A DNA stretch of 64,000 nt from Leptolyngbyaceae cyanobacterium (lineage in GTDB: Bacteria; Cyanobacteriota; Cyanobacteriia; Phormidesmidales; Phormidesmidaceae), in the NCBI GenBank assembly GCA_965263355.1, contig CBDHHL010000032.1, forward strand, positions 352,001 through 416,000, written 5' to 3'. The position numbers and the translations under genes are program-made. The first letter of the stretch is position 1; every line of letters begins with the position of its first letter. Below the pieces are notes generated by a model. The model was not told the DNA's origin, did not search any database, and worked only from the letters and a program-made list of their open reading frames with translations. Positions 30,118 through 39,587 of the stretch are shown here, one piece after another.

Positions 30118-30879
30118 TCAATATAAAAACTCTTTAGGCTCTGCAGGTCGATTGGTTTGGCGCTCTTTTGGAAAATCAACTTGGTATGGCATTGGCGGTT
30201 CCTCAATCAGGATATGTCGTGTTCCCCAGCCATCATTGTAAAGTTCAGGGCGAGCACTTATTTCATTGTTGACGGGAATATCCAATACTTTTTTCATTTC
30301 TAGATAACGTCGTCCGTCCGTCGTACTTTGTAAAAGTTTTGGTGATACTTTGAGCCCTTGTTGAGCAAGAATACGCTCTAATGTAGTGAGCTGATCCAAT
30401 GGAGTATAGGTAGCCATGATAGTAATCTCATCCATGGGTTCTACATCCATTCTCAACTCTTCTTGATCGAGTTGCCACGTTTCTTTTCTGCTACCATCAT
30501 CAGCCAGCTGTTTAAGCGATAGCTCGCCCTGCCATCGACCATTCTGAACAATGACGACTTGATAGTCTAAGACTGAAAAAGTTGGTTTAGGCTCCACTGT
30601 TTGTTCAGTGGGTGCGAGTTGTCGTATGGCCAAAACATTTAATTCAGTTTGGTTAGGAAAGTTTGCGGTCCCTTGCAGCTCATAAGTGTAACTGTTTCTA
30701 CCCGGTTCCACGGTAAAGTCCATTTCAGCTACAGGTAGACGGTTGATTAAAATAGGATTGTTCGGAGTCTCAATTGCAAAATTGCAACTGCCCAACAATC
30801 CACCTAGACTACTCATCAAGCAGAACAGTTTTAACCTACGGAAATTAGATTGTGTTGTTGGGTTTGCAGGCATAGTCAA
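30118..30879 (-). CDS. Hypothetical lipoprotein
   Basis: Lipobox-like LLGSC after a hydrophobic stretch. Confidence 0.6.
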   Translation of the reverse strand: MTMPANPTTQSNFRRLKLFCLMSSLGGLLGSCNFAIETPNNPILINRLPVAEMDFTVEPGRNSYTYELQGTANFPNQTELNVLAIRQLAPTEQTVEPKPTFSVLDYQVVIVQNGRWQGELSLKQLADDGSRKETWQLDQEELRMDVEPMDEITIMATYTPLDQLTTLERILAQQGLKVSPKLLQSTTDGRRYLEMKKVLDIPVNNEISARPELYNDGWGTRHILIEEPPMPYQVDFPKERQTNRPAEPKEFLY

Positions 30880-31584
30880 TACGATATAAAGTCTTGTCTT
30901 GTAATTAGAGGCCCTAAACCGTTCTTTTGCGATTACAGCCCATTTATAATTCTGCCTAGCTTGGATTTGATTGAGATAATCAAAACAGCGCTATAAAAAT
31001 CGAGTACGGTGCATTCGCCGAGCTAACAGGATAATTTTAATTTCAATTTCAGCATGGTAGGTAAACCTTTATTAGTAATTGAAATTACGTTTTTATCTTT
31101 GCATGACTACTATCGAACCTACAGCTCATTTTGAGAGTAGGGTTGTTCCTGAATAATTAGGTCGATAATTTTCATGGAAAATATATAGAAAATCAGATGT
31201 ATTTAATGCTTCCTTTATAGGGAGATTTGCAGATTGTAAGTCAGTATAACTATTCGAAATCTGTGCAACCCAATTAGATATTATGAATATAGAACATTTA
31301 CATAGGTAATATTATCTAAACCATAACTTGATCTAAGTTGGTCGGATGGCACTGATTATGTCTGATATATGAAGTTGAAAGCTTATAAGAAGTTTTCAGA
31401 TGCATTATTCCTTAAAAATAACACTATCCTTTGCAGCTCCTGCAGGGTGAAGACTAACTATGCGTAGATTAATAAGCTGCAAACCAAATCCTTGCAAAGT
31501 ATTCCCTGGCTGGGGCAAACTTGACCTAGAAGCCTACTAAGGGCTGATCAGGGTTTGCAGATTTTTGAAATGGCAAAACGCCAG

Positions 31585-31658
31585 TTAAACCACGTCCGAG
31601 TTCAAGCCTGTAGATTCTTTATAGGAAAAACGACCGTCCTGGACGTGGACAAGGTTTA
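31585..31658 (+). repeat. 74-bp structured dispersed repeat, copy B (just upstream of bcsB)
   Basis: ttaaaccacgtccgag...cctggacgtggacaaggttta; ccacgtcc/ggacgtgg inverted repeat. Confidence 0.8.
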
Positions 31659-31663
31659 GTTAT

Positions 31664-34105
31664 TTGATTGATTATTTTGACCTAGGTATGTATCTGGGGG
31701 GAGTGCTTACAGCAGTGTTTTTAAGGGTAATTAGAAAACGCCTATTTATTTCGATATTTTTATCTGTCCTATTATCTGTGACAACGTTGGGGCCTAGCAT
31801 GGCTCAGGTGACATCGTCTCCAGGCGCTGCAGATGAGGCCGCAGAAGCAGGAACTGCCGCTGATCGCCGTAACCGTGATGAAGATGGGGCGACTGCGGGG
31901 CGCGATCTTCTCCAAGATGCTCAGGCAGCCGAATTAGAACAGGAAGAGGGGAGTCAATATATTCTTGAGTTCAACCGTAGTCCTGTGGTTGGTACACGGC
32001 TACGTCTAGAAGGTATTTATAATGAGTCTAGACTGCGATTTACTCGACCACGCAATTGGTCAGTGAAGTCTGTAAAAATTCTGTTACGTTATCGCCATTC
32101 TGGGGCTCTCTACGCTACTCGCTCTAATCTAAACGTTATTGTTAATGACAATAATGTCGGTAGTGTACCGCTGAACCTAAAGCAAGGTGATGTTGGCACG
32201 ATTGTTTTTGATATCCCTACACGTATTCTCAAAGACTATAACGAGCTGATTATTGCTGGTTTACAGAACAATTCACCTACCTGTACTCAAGATCCATTTG
32301 ATCCATCCCTTTGGACAGAAATATTGCCAGATTCAAAACTGGTATTCAACTATGATGCTGAGCCTTTTCAGCTAGATTTCAACAGCTATCCCTATCCATT
32401 AATCGATGTACTCAGTCTAGAGACAAATCACATTGATTATGTTGTTCCTGATGATCAAGATCAGGCTTGGTTAACAGCGATTGCTCGGCTACAAACATCT
32501 TTAGGTCGAATTGCTGATTATCGTCCTCTGGAGACAGATCTAGTCGAAAAACTAGATGATATCGCTGATGGTAACCGAGTAGTGGTAGTTGGAACGCCAA
32601 TTCAGCAGCCGATGTTAGAAAAATTAGAGCTGCCTCTGACGCTTAAAAATAAGCGATGGTTAGATGACAAGCAGACATTGATTTCTTCTGATACTGGTAT
32701 TTTGATGTGGACTGTGCTTGAAGATAAACAGTCTCCTGTATTAGTAGCGACAGGGAATGGACCCTCAGCAGTGGCTAAGGCTGTACAGTTTTTAACCCAA
32801 TCTCAGGATCGCAAGATTGGTGCTGGTCAAGTTGTTCTAGTGAATGATTTAGAAACAATTGAATCACCCGATCTTCGTGATTGGCCGCGTTATTTACCGT
32901 TATCCGATAACTTTGAACTAGGAGATCTCACTGGATTTAACAACGAACCGATTGAGGATGTGGTGATTCGGGGTGCCCATGCACCACCGTTTGAGTTTGA
33001 CTTTAAGGCGCTGCCAGATGATCGTTTTCTGCCTGGAAATGTGATGTCTCTGCGCTATACCTATGGTCCTCAGGTAAACCCGCTTACCTCTCTTGTTGAA
33101 GTGCAGCTTGATGGAATTACAGTAGCGGGTCGGAGACTTGATTCAATTGATGGTAAACGTCGCGCAACGCTAAAAGTTGAGCTGCCAGAGCAGCACATTA
33201 CCCCCCAGTCACGACTAAAAGTTTATTTGAGATTTGATCCACGGGAACGTCGTTCCTGTAGTCGAGTGACCGATCACCAGTTGTGGGGGACCATTCATAG
33301 TGATAGTTCCTTTAATTTGAATCGCCAACAGGTGGCGAAGTTGCCGGATCTAAATCTACTCAAAGCAGGTTATCCATTTGCGTCACCTCAAGATCTGTCT
33401 CGTACTGCTATTGTTGTTCCTAACAAGCCTAGTATGACTGAGTTGTCAGTTATGCTGGAATTGAGTGAACGGCTAGGACGGTTGAGTCGTTCGGAGGCAG
33501 TCCAGGTTGAGGTTTATCCAGTCAATCAATTGACGCCAGAAGTTCAGGAATCACAACATCTGGTGGCGATTGGTTTAAGAGCACAATTCCCCCTACCTGA
33601 AGCCCTGGAGGCTGCTGAGTTTAATCTCAAGGATGGAGTTCGCCAATGGGGAGATAGTGAGGTACAAACCTTACCTGATGCTGAAGGTATTCTCCAGCAG
33701 CAGTTGTCTCCTTGGAACGATACGCGAGTTCTGCTGACTATGACTGCCCAAAACGATGATGGGTTAATGCAGATACGTGATCTCCTAGAACTGGATTCTT
33801 TATTTTTCCAGTTGCAGGGTGATACAGCATTGATTAGTACCAATGATGAAACGCTGTCTCCCTATGATGAAAATGCTTACAATTTAGAATTCTTACAACG
33901 CTCTGCCCAACGGGATGTTCAAGAGGAAAGTACATTTCAAAAAGTGATTACGGTAATCCAAGGCAATTGGTTTCTCTTGATTCCTGGCATCATTGTGCTG
34001 TCATTATTGCTCTATGGGGTTATCCAGGCTTATTTAAAGCGTAGTGAAACGCTGACAGCTTCACCCGGTGTTATGACCGATCCATCTGCGCCAGGAGAAT
34101 TTTAA
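31664..34105 (+). CDS. bcsB: Cellulose synthase periplasmic co-polymerase subunit BcsB
   Basis: Two CBD/flavodoxin-like repeats (RYRHS..L...SNLNV.VN; LWTEILPDS; YPYP; LVATGN; GYPF), two Cys (SPTC, RRSC), C-terminal TM anchor; adjacent to bcsA. Confidence 0.85.
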   Translation: MIDYFDLGMYLGGVLTAVFLRVIRKRLFISIFLSVLLSVTTLGPSMAQVTSSPGAADEAAEAGTAADRRNRDEDGATAGRDLLQDAQAAELEQEEGSQYILEFNRSPVVGTRLRLEGIYNESRLRFTRPRNWSVKSVKILLRYRHSGALYATRSNLNVIVNDNNVGSVPLNLKQGDVGTIVFDIPTRILKDYNELIIAGLQNNSPTCTQDPFDPSLWTEILPDSKLVFNYDAEPFQLDFNSYPYPLIDVLSLETNHIDYVVPDDQDQAWLTAIARLQTSLGRIADYRPLETDLVEKLDDIADGNRVVVVGTPIQQPMLEKLELPLTLKNKRWLDDKQTLISSDTGILMWTVLEDKQSPVLVATGNGPSAVAKAVQFLTQSQDRKIGAGQVVLVNDLETIESPDLRDWPRYLPLSDNFELGDLTGFNNEPIEDVVIRGAHAPPFEFDFKALPDDRFLPGNVMSLRYTYGPQVNPLTSLVEVQLDGITVAGRRLDSIDGKRRATLKVELPEQHITPQSRLKVYLRFDPRERRSCSRVTDHQLWGTIHSDSSFNLNRQQVAKLPDLNLLKAGYPFASPQDLSRTAIVVPNKPSMTELSVMLELSERLGRLSRSEAVQVEVYPVNQLTPEVQESQHLVAIGLRAQFPLPEALEAAEFNLKDGVRQWGDSEVQTLPDAEGILQQQLSPWNDTRVLLTMTAQNDDGLMQIRDLLELDSLFFQLQGDTALISTNDETLSPYDENAYNLEFLQRSAQRDVQEESTFQKVITVIQGNWFLLIPGIIVLSLLLYGVIQAYLKRSETLTASPGVMTDPSAPGEF

Positions 34106-34107
34106 CC

Positions 34108-36774
34108 ATGGCTGAAAGATTATTGCTTTCCCATCGCTTGAAAGATTTTAGGCAGGGAGTTGAAACCTTTTTCTCAAGACAAGTTCGACCGCTACTGATT
34201 GAACTTTTAATTATCACGATTCCAGATTGGTTTGACCTTAGTTTACAGTGGCTCAACAAACAGCAGTTGTTGGTGTTGGCGTTGTGTCTAACTATGTTTG
34301 CTTGGCCAATCATGACGGCACGACCGACAATTTTGCAACAGGGTCTAGTGGCGTTAGCTCTCCTTGGGTTTGGGCAAATTCTGTTGCGATTAGAGGATAG
34401 ACAGACGAGCCAGCGTGTCAGTGAATATTTGCATTTACTGTTGGTGGCTGTCAGTACAATTACAACATTACGTTATTTGTACTATCGTTCCAACTATACG
34501 CTGAACTTAGATTCTTGGTTGGATGGCTTTTTCTCAATTTTGCTGTTTGTGGCAGAGCTATATGCGATCGCTACATTACTACTTTCTTATTTTCAGACCC
34601 TAAGGATTCGTGATCGAAAATTCATTCCTCTGCAAACTTGGCCCCAAGTAGATTGGCCCAAAGTAGACATCTATATTCCTACTTATAACGAAGATGTCTC
34701 TATTGTACGTAAAACTGTGCTGGGGGCCTTAAATATAGATTATCCAGAGCATAAAAAAGTTGTCTACGTCTTAGACGATGGTCGTGCCGAAAAATATCGA
34801 GAGCGTCGCCTTGCCCTTAGGGCCATGTGTGAAGAACTGGGATGTACGATGCTCACCCGTGACAATAATGATCATGCCAAAGCTGGCAACATTAATACAG
34901 CTCTAGACAAAACGGATGGTCAACTAGTGCTTATCCTAGACTGTGATCACATACCAGTTCGGGGGTTTTTACAAGAGACAGTAGGTTTCTTCTTTGATAA
35001 ACAGGTAGCCTTAGTACAAACCCCCCACTGGTTCTATAATCCGGATCCGTTTGAGCGAAATTTAATGACCCAAGGGCAGATACCTGTTGGTAATGAGCTT
35101 TTCTATAAAGTATTACAAAAGGGGAATGACTTTTGGAATGCAGCCTTTTTCTGTGGATCGGCGGCGGTGATTCGTCGCCAATATCTACTTGATATTGGTG
35201 GAATTGCGACAGAAACTGTAACTGAAGACTGCCATACGTCATTGCGACTGCATTCTTTAGGGTATCGGACTGTCTACTATGACAAAATTATGGTCGCTGG
35301 TCTGGCCCCTGAGAAATTTTCCTCCTATGTAGGTCAGCAGGTACGTTGGGCTAGGGGAATGGCTCAAATCCTACGGATTGAAAATCCTCTATTTAATCGA
35401 AAACTTAATCTGCGTTTATCTCAGAGACTTTGTTATTTCAGTGCTACCTCCCACTTCTTCTTTGGTTTTCCTCGGTTGATGTATGCCATTGCACCTAACC
35501 TGTTTTTGCTATTTGGGATTAACCCGGTAAAAGGTTTGGGTATTGAGACACTGTTTTATGCATTGCCGCATATCGTATTATCAATGCACGCTAATCACGT
35601 TTCCTATAAACATGTACGATTTTCTTTCTGGAATGAGATTTATGAATTTGCCATGTCATTCCAGGCAGGTATCGTGACATTGCTAGCGTTGATCAATCCA
35701 AACTTAGGATCCTTTAACGTCACAGATAAAGGAGTTTCAGTAGAGTCCCGTAGTTTTGATATCGATAGTGTGCGCTATCTTGTTGTTTTAGGCGCTATTA
35801 CAGCTGCGTCATTACTGACAGTACCTATATGGTTGATTTTGAGTCCTTTGGATACTCAGGCAGTCCTGATTAATACCCTATGGTGTGTGTTTAATCTGGC
35901 CCTGGTAATGGCTGCCTGTCTAGTAGCGTTTGAGCAACCTCAACTGCGTCAGTCCCATCGATTGCCACGGGAGCTAATTGCTCGGGTTTATAGCGATGAT
36001 GGTCAAGTTTGGGAAGGGACAACCATTGATGTCAGTGAAACGGGGGCCCAAATCTTGCTAGATATATGGCCTAACGTTTCTGATCGGGTGCAAATAGAGC
36101 TGTTTGGTGATTACGGTGCGATCGCATTATTGGAGGCAGAAATTATTAGAGCTAGTGCGACAGATTCACTGCAGACAAAGTTAGCCACTAATTTCATTAA
36201 TATGACTCAGGCTCAGCAGGATGACCTAGCCACTGTTATTTTCTCAGATGTACGTAAATGGTATTCCCAAACTCGTGAGCATGTTGATAATCCATGGCGT
36301 TCACTTAGCTTTATTTTAATGAGCTTGAAACGAGCATTCCAAGAGTTGAGTCCAGCCAACAACGTTAAGATGCGTAAACAAGTAGAAGTTATGAGTGATA
36401 TTAGATGGAAGGGCTGGGGTAGCTATGTTCAAGCGGCCATGATTACTGAGCTGGGTTCAAGGGATATGCGCCTAGAGTTATTGGGTGATGCTAGTACGGC
36501 AGCCATAGCGCTTCAGGATAATCAACCTCTATTACACCTGCAAGTTTATCCTCAAGTTGATAGCGCCCACTCTTACGACTTGATGGCTCAAGTCGAACGT
36601 CTTGAACTGGTGCCTAAACTGTCAACTACTTATAATAGTGCGAATTCAACGGTGGCTGTTGGCAACCCTGACCAGTTATCAGACTATCGTGTGGCATTGG
36701 AATTATCCTTTCCTATGTCCCTAGATCATCATCAGCAGAATCAGATTAAAACATTACTGAGACAAGTTATTTAG
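34108..36774 (+). CDS. bcsA: Cellulose synthase catalytic subunit (GT2) with PilZ domain
   Basis: VDIYIPTYNE, LDDG, HAKAGN, DCD, QTPH, FFCGS, TED, QQVRW, FNVTDKG; PilZ motifs RQSHR and DVSETG. Confidence 0.95.
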   Translation: MAERLLLSHRLKDFRQGVETFFSRQVRPLLIELLIITIPDWFDLSLQWLNKQQLLVLALCLTMFAWPIMTARPTILQQGLVALALLGFGQILLRLEDRQTSQRVSEYLHLLLVAVSTITTLRYLYYRSNYTLNLDSWLDGFFSILLFVAELYAIATLLLSYFQTLRIRDRKFIPLQTWPQVDWPKVDIYIPTYNEDVSIVRKTVLGALNIDYPEHKKVVYVLDDGRAEKYRERRLALRAMCEELGCTMLTRDNNDHAKAGNINTALDKTDGQLVLILDCDHIPVRGFLQETVGFFFDKQVALVQTPHWFYNPDPFERNLMTQGQIPVGNELFYKVLQKGNDFWNAAFFCGSAAVIRRQYLLDIGGIATETVTEDCHTSLRLHSLGYRTVYYDKIMVAGLAPEKFSSYVGQQVRWARGMAQILRIENPLFNRKLNLRLSQRLCYFSATSHFFFGFPRLMYAIAPNLFLLFGINPVKGLGIETLFYALPHIVLSMHANHVSYKHVRFSFWNEIYEFAMSFQAGIVTLLALINPNLGSFNVTDKGVSVESRSFDIDSVRYLVVLGAITAASLLTVPIWLILSPLDTQAVLINTLWCVFNLALVMAACLVAFEQPQLRQSHRLPRELIARVYSDDGQVWEGTTIDVSETGAQILLDIWPNVSDRVQIELFGDYGAIALLEAEIIRASATDSLQTKLATNFINMTQAQQDDLATVIFSDVRKWYSQTREHVDNPWRSLSFILMSLKRAFQELSPANNVKMRKQVEVMSDIRWKGWGSYVQAAMITELGSRDMRLELLGDASTAAIALQDNQPLLHLQVYPQVDSAHSYDLMAQVERLELVPKLSTTYNSANSTVAVGNPDQLSDYRVALELSFPMSLDHHQQNQIKTLLRQVI

Positions 36775-37342
36775 AATGATTTATGAAGATATTTGGCCAC
36801 TCAATATCTAAGCCTTTAAACACATTTAACTGCTTCAAAATTGGACTTGAGAAAGCTGATTGCAAAGGTGTCACCATTTGATCATGGTCCGTGGTGCTAG
36901 AAATTGGGGAATGATGAGTTTATGGCTGAGTCTTAATTTTTTACCAAGACTTTAATTTTGGGATAGGTGATTTTACTGGTATTCTCAGACTGGGGAGGTG
37001 TAGAAACTTAAGGTGTCTTATCTTGAAAGCGTTTTGTGTGGTTAACTCTTTTAGATTGATTAAATTTTTGATGAATGTTTAATTGGAGTCGTCATTTTCC
37101 CAATTGGATAGTCCGGACTGAGGGGGTAATCGTAGAATTTCTTCATAGTGAAGATGTCGCATAAATTTATTTCTATTCCTGCATAGAACTATTTTCAGAT
37201 GGAAGAAACCATTTGTATGGTTATTGAGTCGAGAGTTTATATATCTATTCATGGCCGTGTGTAATAAGGGTATTTCCTATCACCTTGGTCTATTTCGCCC
37301 CAAAGGGTTTTAGCTTTTTGCTGTATCGTTAAACATCCAGTT

Positions 37343-38464
37343 ATGAACAGTCGTTCGATTGTGGGTTATGGTGCAACCCAGAAGTTACATCCTCTAAGCT
37401 TTTTAGCTCAGCTGATCAGTCGTCAGGTGAGTGGTCACTTCAAGTTGTACTCGGGGACTAACTCATGGTCGCTTTTTCTGAAGCAAGGCAAGCTCAATTT
37501 TGCTACTGATACAGATTCGCCATTTGATCGCTTAGATCGCCATCTTCAGGACTTGAGTAATGAAGTTTCGGGTCTGGTGGGTGCTGTTCGCGTTCAGCTC
37601 CGGTTGATGTTTGAGCAGTCGCCTAAGCAAGCTCCTCTGACTCCGGATTATCAAGCTATTAGTTGGTTGGTTGAGCAGTCTCATCTGACACCGGATCAAG
37701 CTAGCGGTTTGATTCGGTCCATGGCAATTGAGGTTATAGAGTCATTTTTAGGCGTACAGGAAGGCAGTTACGACTTGCTAGGGTTAGATGACATTGGCGA
37801 GTATCCAGTCCTTTGCCAGCTAGACCTACGCCCTATTGTTGAAATTTGTCAGCGCAATCGACGCCAGAGTTTGCTTGCATCTCCTTCATCCCTTGGTAAT
37901 AGTGGTGTGTCCGTAATGCAGAGGCAGATGCCTGCTGCTGCACCGAGTTCCTTAACGTCTGTTCCGACGTCTAATAATAATAGGCTGGCAAAATCTGAAC
38001 TGACGTCTCAGGGAACTGCTAGTATGGCGTCTCAACCGAATGTTAGCTCTACTAACATGTCAGCGTCTCCTGATATTAGTAGAGCTGTTTATACGATCGC
38101 ATGTATTGATGACAGCCCAACGGTATTAAATGCTATTCAAGAATTTTTGAATGATAAAAGCTTAAATGTTGTACCGATTAATGACCCCGTCAAGGCATTG
38201 ATGCAAGTTATGCGTTGTCGACCAGATTTAATTTTATTGGATGTCACTATGCCAAATTTGGATGGTTATGAGCTGTGCTCCCTTTTACGTAGGCATCCAA
38301 GTTTTAGAAATACACCTATTGTTATGGTGACTGGTAATACGGGATTTATTGATCGAGCAAAAGCTAAGTTAGTTCGTTCCTCTGGTTATTTGACTAAGCC
38401 TTTTAGTCAGTCAGAGCTCTTAAAAATGGTGTTTATGCATTTACCGGCTGTAAGGCCTAGATAA
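37343..38464 (+). CDS. PatA-family response regulator (PixG-like)
   Basis: N-terminal PATAN-like domain, S/P-rich linker, C-terminal REC (CIDDSP, LLDVTMP, TKPF). Confidence 0.9.
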   Translation: MNSRSIVGYGATQKLHPLSFLAQLISRQVSGHFKLYSGTNSWSLFLKQGKLNFATDTDSPFDRLDRHLQDLSNEVSGLVGAVRVQLRLMFEQSPKQAPLTPDYQAISWLVEQSHLTPDQASGLIRSMAIEVIESFLGVQEGSYDLLGLDDIGEYPVLCQLDLRPIVEICQRNRRQSLLASPSSLGNSGVSVMQRQMPAAAPSSLTSVPTSNNNRLAKSELTSQGTASMASQPNVSSTNMSASPDISRAVYTIACIDDSPTVLNAIQEFLNDKSLNVVPINDPVKALMQVMRCRPDLILLDVTMPNLDGYELCSLLRRHPSFRNTPIVMVTGNTGFIDRAKAKLVRSSGYLTKPFSQSELLKMVFMHLPAVRPR

Positions 38465-38536
38465 CGGTGAGTTCAATAATGCATTTGTTTTGGATTACTC
38501 AGATTTTTAATAGTTAGTATTATTAACTGAGGCTAG

Positions 38537-38944
38537 TTGGACACACATTTAGGGAATGGCAAACAGAGTATGACAGTAATTCAAACGGCTACGGTGCTAA
38601 TTGTTGAAGACACTCCTTCTGAACGAGAATTAATTAGTCATTATCTGCAGGAGGAGGGCTACAGGGTTATTCACGCTGTAACTGCGCAAGAAGGATTTGC
38701 CAAGGCGATCTCTAGTCAGCCCAATGTAATTGTTACGGATGTAGTCATGCCTGGAATGAGTGGTTTTGAACTCTGCCGTAGCTTAAAGCGTGCGCCTGAA
38801 ACTGAGAAAGTCCCTGTAGTTATATGCTCATCTAAGGATCAAGCCATTGATCGCCTATGGGGAATGCGGCAGGGCGCAGATGCTTACCTAACTAAGCCAT
38901 TTGACCGAGAGGAATTACTAAAGGTAGTTAAGTCGGTATTGTAA
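38537..38944 (+). CDS. CheY-like single-domain response regulator (PixH-like)
   Basis: VLIVEDT, TDVVMPGMSGFELCR, DRLWGMRQGADAYLTKPF. Confidence 0.92.
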   Translation: MDTHLGNGKQSMTVIQTATVLIVEDTPSERELISHYLQEEGYRVIHAVTAQEGFAKAISSQPNVIVTDVVMPGMSGFELCRSLKRAPETEKVPVVICSSKDQAIDRLWGMRQGADAYLTKPFDREELLKVVKSVL

Positions 38945-38953
38945 TTTTCTTTA

Positions 38954-39475
38954 GTGCGATCGCATGCTGTTCATGAGGTCATCATTTTGTCTGTTCTATC
39001 TTTAAAGAAAGACAGCCCTAAGCTGGCAAAATCGTTTCTGAAATTTCAGTTGGCCCCTAATGTTGTGGCTATGTTGCCTGCGCTGACTGTACAAGAAGCT
39101 ACCGTGTTGCCAACACGTCGGGTGATGGCTATGCCAAATATGCCGGCAGCTTTGTTAGGGTTGATCAATCGTCGTGGACGAGTATTTTGGGTAGCTAACT
39201 TAGTGCGTTTATTAGGGCTGCCTATTCCTGACCGCCTTAGCCAAGAATATAGCTTGATTATTGTCCAAGGGCGCTCAACTACTCCTCTTGCGCTACAAGT
39301 AGAAGCCATTGACGGTATGGTGAGCTTTCCCCCTGAAGCCATTCATCCGCCACCGAATAATGTTAGCAATATAATTCTGCCTTACTTAGCGGGCTGTATT
39401 ACCCACGGTAACGAGACTATTTTTATATTAGACGTTGAAGCGCTTTTACAATCTCCAGTACTACAAACGGATTAA
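38954..39475 (+). CDS. cheW: CheW adaptor (PixI-like)
   Basis: MPNMPAALLGLINRRGRVFWVANL; position in taxis operon. Confidence 0.88.
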   Translation: MRSHAVHEVIILSVLSLKKDSPKLAKSFLKFQLAPNVVAMLPALTVQEATVLPTRRVMAMPNMPAALLGLINRRGRVFWVANLVRLLGLPIPDRLSQEYSLIIVQGRSTTPLALQVEAIDGMVSFPPEAIHPPPNNVSNIILPYLAGCITHGNETIFILDVEALLQSPVLQTD

Positions 39476-39587
39476 GCCCTCCAGTCATCAACTGAAATAG
39501 CCATTAGCTTTTTGTTGATAATTTATATTTATTTGCTCTAATCGTTCCACAAATTGTTATCGAAACGCTATCTAAAGGAAAAATCTT

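Noticed and set aside
31510..31560. Possible c-di-GMP-I (GEMM) riboswitch upstream of bcsB (GGCAAAC)
   Set aside because: Lacks the GNRA-capped P2 and the GACGCAAAGC segment; only the short motif matches.
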